This document shows, piece by piece, positions 61,678 through 64,000 of a DNA stretch of 64,000 nt; within the stretch, counting starts at the first letter, position 1, and each line of letters starts with the position of its first letter. The notes beneath the pieces are model-generated. The model did not search any database. It was not told the DNA's origin and worked only from the letters and a program-made list of their open reading frames with translations. Position numbers and translations under genes: made by a program. Source of the stretch: Phoronis australis (taxonomy: Eukaryota; Animalia; Phoronida); NCBI GenBank assembly GCA_002633005.1, contig NMRA01000381.1, forward strand, positions 183,057 to 247,056, written 5' to 3'.

Positions 61678-63569
61678 TAATGTCGATTTCTGGTCTTTTT
61701 TGGTGTCAACATCCAATCAGTTCTTTTCAATTCCTGCAACGACTTCTGAACTGTGTAATGAACAAGTTAAGACCAGGGTTACATTCTGTAGATGCAAGAA
61801 TTTTGCGAAAATAGCTACTGCATGGCAATATCTCGCAAAGTCTTGCTTGAACTTGTGTTTTTTACGGCTATCCTGAATCCATGGAATGCAGTCCAAATCT
61901 ATTGCATGAAGTGACGTTAATTAAAAGTCTTCAGTTTCTTTGACAATATGCGTTTTATACCAGCTTTAAGTGTTTGTAGCAGCCTTTGATAAATGAAAAA
62001 TTTGTGAAATTAAGAAACTTAACTTTGGCATCTGAATTATCACTTGGTGAAGTGCAAGAACCATTGTGCAGTTGCCCTATTTGGAACTTTGTTGTGATTT
62101 GCAATGATTAGTATCAAACTGTTTATCTTTTAAGGCCTTCTCACTCTAAACTCATTCTCAGAACATCCAATCCCAACCAAACTTTTTGATGAAATGGGCA
62201 GACAGAGTCGGAAACAGTCTACTTTGGCCAAAAAACATACATAAAACACGACATCATACACATGGCTCATACTCACATTAACAATGTGTGATTGGTTCCT
62301 AGTTTCAAGATCATTTTATTAGAACTGCCTTTGTGTGTCACAGTCATTTACATTGCCAAATTAGGGCTTTGAGGTTGATGTAAACTTGTTGCTTTGTAGA
62401 TGCTGAAAAACAACAAGCTATCAATGTATTTCTTGGTGTGTTCCAACCAAGTAAACAGAACTTCAACTTGTGGAATCTATCAACCGATTATTACCTTCAT
62501 ATTGACTCAGAACCACTTCTGGACAGAAAGAGAAAGTAGGTGACGTGTTACTGAATATACAGATTGAAGTAGGTGACGTGTTACTGAATATACAGGAGTA
62601 GGTGACGTGTTACTGTGTATGTTATGTTGGAATCTGCTGGCAAGTATCTTCAGATTGATTTGACTCTGCTTTTGAACATAATTATCATTAGTCTATAGAC
62701 AGTTCTTAAAAAGATCTTATTAATATTCATGAGGAATAAGGATGTGGGGTTAAGCATGGCAAGGCAGTGACTGCAGTGTTTCCATTTTTACAGGTGATCT
62801 GTCACTGTATTTGATTTAACGTTTGTTTTTATGAACAGTCCATCGAAAAGGAATTCAGTGGCTGCTTGTATGAACATTTGGACAAAAAACCCAAATATAA
62901 TACAGTAAAGTTCATAATATTATATGGCAGAAGAAATGAGCAACGTATCAGCAAAGACAGCCATAGTCTTGCGAATGCAGTCTTGAGCTCCGGTATTTTG
63001 TGGTCTCATTTTTAACGGCTAATGGAACTAATGAAAGTTTTTAATAACGTTGATGACGTATTGGGATGCATATGAACATTTACAAAGAATAATAAATGTC
63101 GAGTTACAGTACCTGTTCTGTGTTTGTAATTGCCATAGATAAAAGTACTACTATTTCCTTCATTACCGTCACACTCCAGAACTGTGATATTCCTAAATAT
63201 ATGAAAGAAGCTAGTGGCGGAATAGAAATTGTGTAAGTGCCTGGTAATGTTGCTACCCTTATTTGTCCAGGTACTCTCAGTGGTGGGATGTTCCTGTCGC
63301 CCGTTGTCTTCCCTTGCCCTGTGAGACAGAAAGCAAAGGAACAGCGAATGATGGTCACGTTGTTGAGAAATACAGTCAGTCCGATGAACGAGTGGATGTC
63401 TTCTGGGATTATTACAAGCCGTTTGAGTTGACGTCGTTTGATGAACTTTATGTCCACCATATGCCTAAGTCTGTCAGGTAGAACATACTAGTCTCGTCTT
63501 CATTTTTCCTGTCGTAATATAAGGCTGGCTGGATGTTTTAAATGTAAACTTTTTAAAGATTGTTATATC
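61678..63569 (+). repeat. Second haplotype copy of 58982-60968 with FIG4 exon copies 62400-62535 and 63271-63477
   Basis: Near-identical to the sequence before the gap, with scattered SNPs; one amino-acid difference is visible (KYSHSD vs KYSQSD). Confidence 0.85.
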
Positions 63570-64000
63570 AGTCCCATTTTTAATCAACTTCACAAATCTT
63601 CAATTTTATGGCCGATATGTCTGTTGTTTGTTGGATACTCAACATTCTGAGACATGATTCCCTCAGCCACAGACCATAATATAATTGCCAGCATAATGAA
63701 TGGTTAGTTGTATACTTTCCAATCGTCCTTTCATTCTGTGTTCTATATTTTCGCTATGCTGCAAAGAGGCTACTTCATTTATCATTTTGCAAAACTGCAT
63801 TTGTTGCTAAAAGTATTTCTGGGACTATTTTTACAGCCCAAAACATATAAGGTAACAAAAATGTGTTCAAGGAAGGCTTTAAAAAGAAATCTATGTTGAA
63901 AGATGATACATGTGCAAATTATTTAAACTAAAAGGTCTGAAATTGACCCGAGGCGATTTGCCACACAACTGAAATCAGTTGAAGTCATCACAAACAACTC

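Noticed and set aside
61678-63569. Second set of FIG4 exons 14-15 as a paralogue
   Set aside because: Near-identical including introns and placed directly after an N gap; best explained as the alternative allele.

Overview
AT-rich, intron-rich animal genomic DNA, probably from an invertebrate (the species cannot be determined), in a draft assembly with N gaps and uncollapsed haplotype duplications. Four spliced protein-coding genes can be built with phase-consistent GT-AG junctions. (1) SEC62 on the minus strand: six exons, running off the left edge. (2) A 409-aa N-terminally anchored protein of unknown function with an RDHSYG-x2-RDW motif, plus strand, 9 exons. (3) A complete ~2272-aa giantin/GOLGB1 orthologue, minus strand, 14 coding exons, with a C-terminal Y...H transmembrane anchor. 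(4) FIG4/SAC3 phosphoinositide phosphatase, plus strand: 15 exons including one U12-type minor intron, running off the right edge. GOLGB1 and FIG4 are head-to-head across about 370 bp. Introns and intergenic DNA hold tRNA-derived SINEs with target-site duplications (TSDs), a short LTR with a tRNA-like Pol III promoter, an inverted pair of tRNA-like heads, a Penelope-like GIY-YIG remnant with a degenerate hammerhead, a 5'-truncated RNase H LINE, nested MITEs, Helentron-like repeats carrying CTCF-like motifs, and minisatellites anchored on splice sites. A GC-rich structured ~190-nt island upstream of SEC62 is unexplained. I found no clearly new biological system; the leads are listed with their limits.
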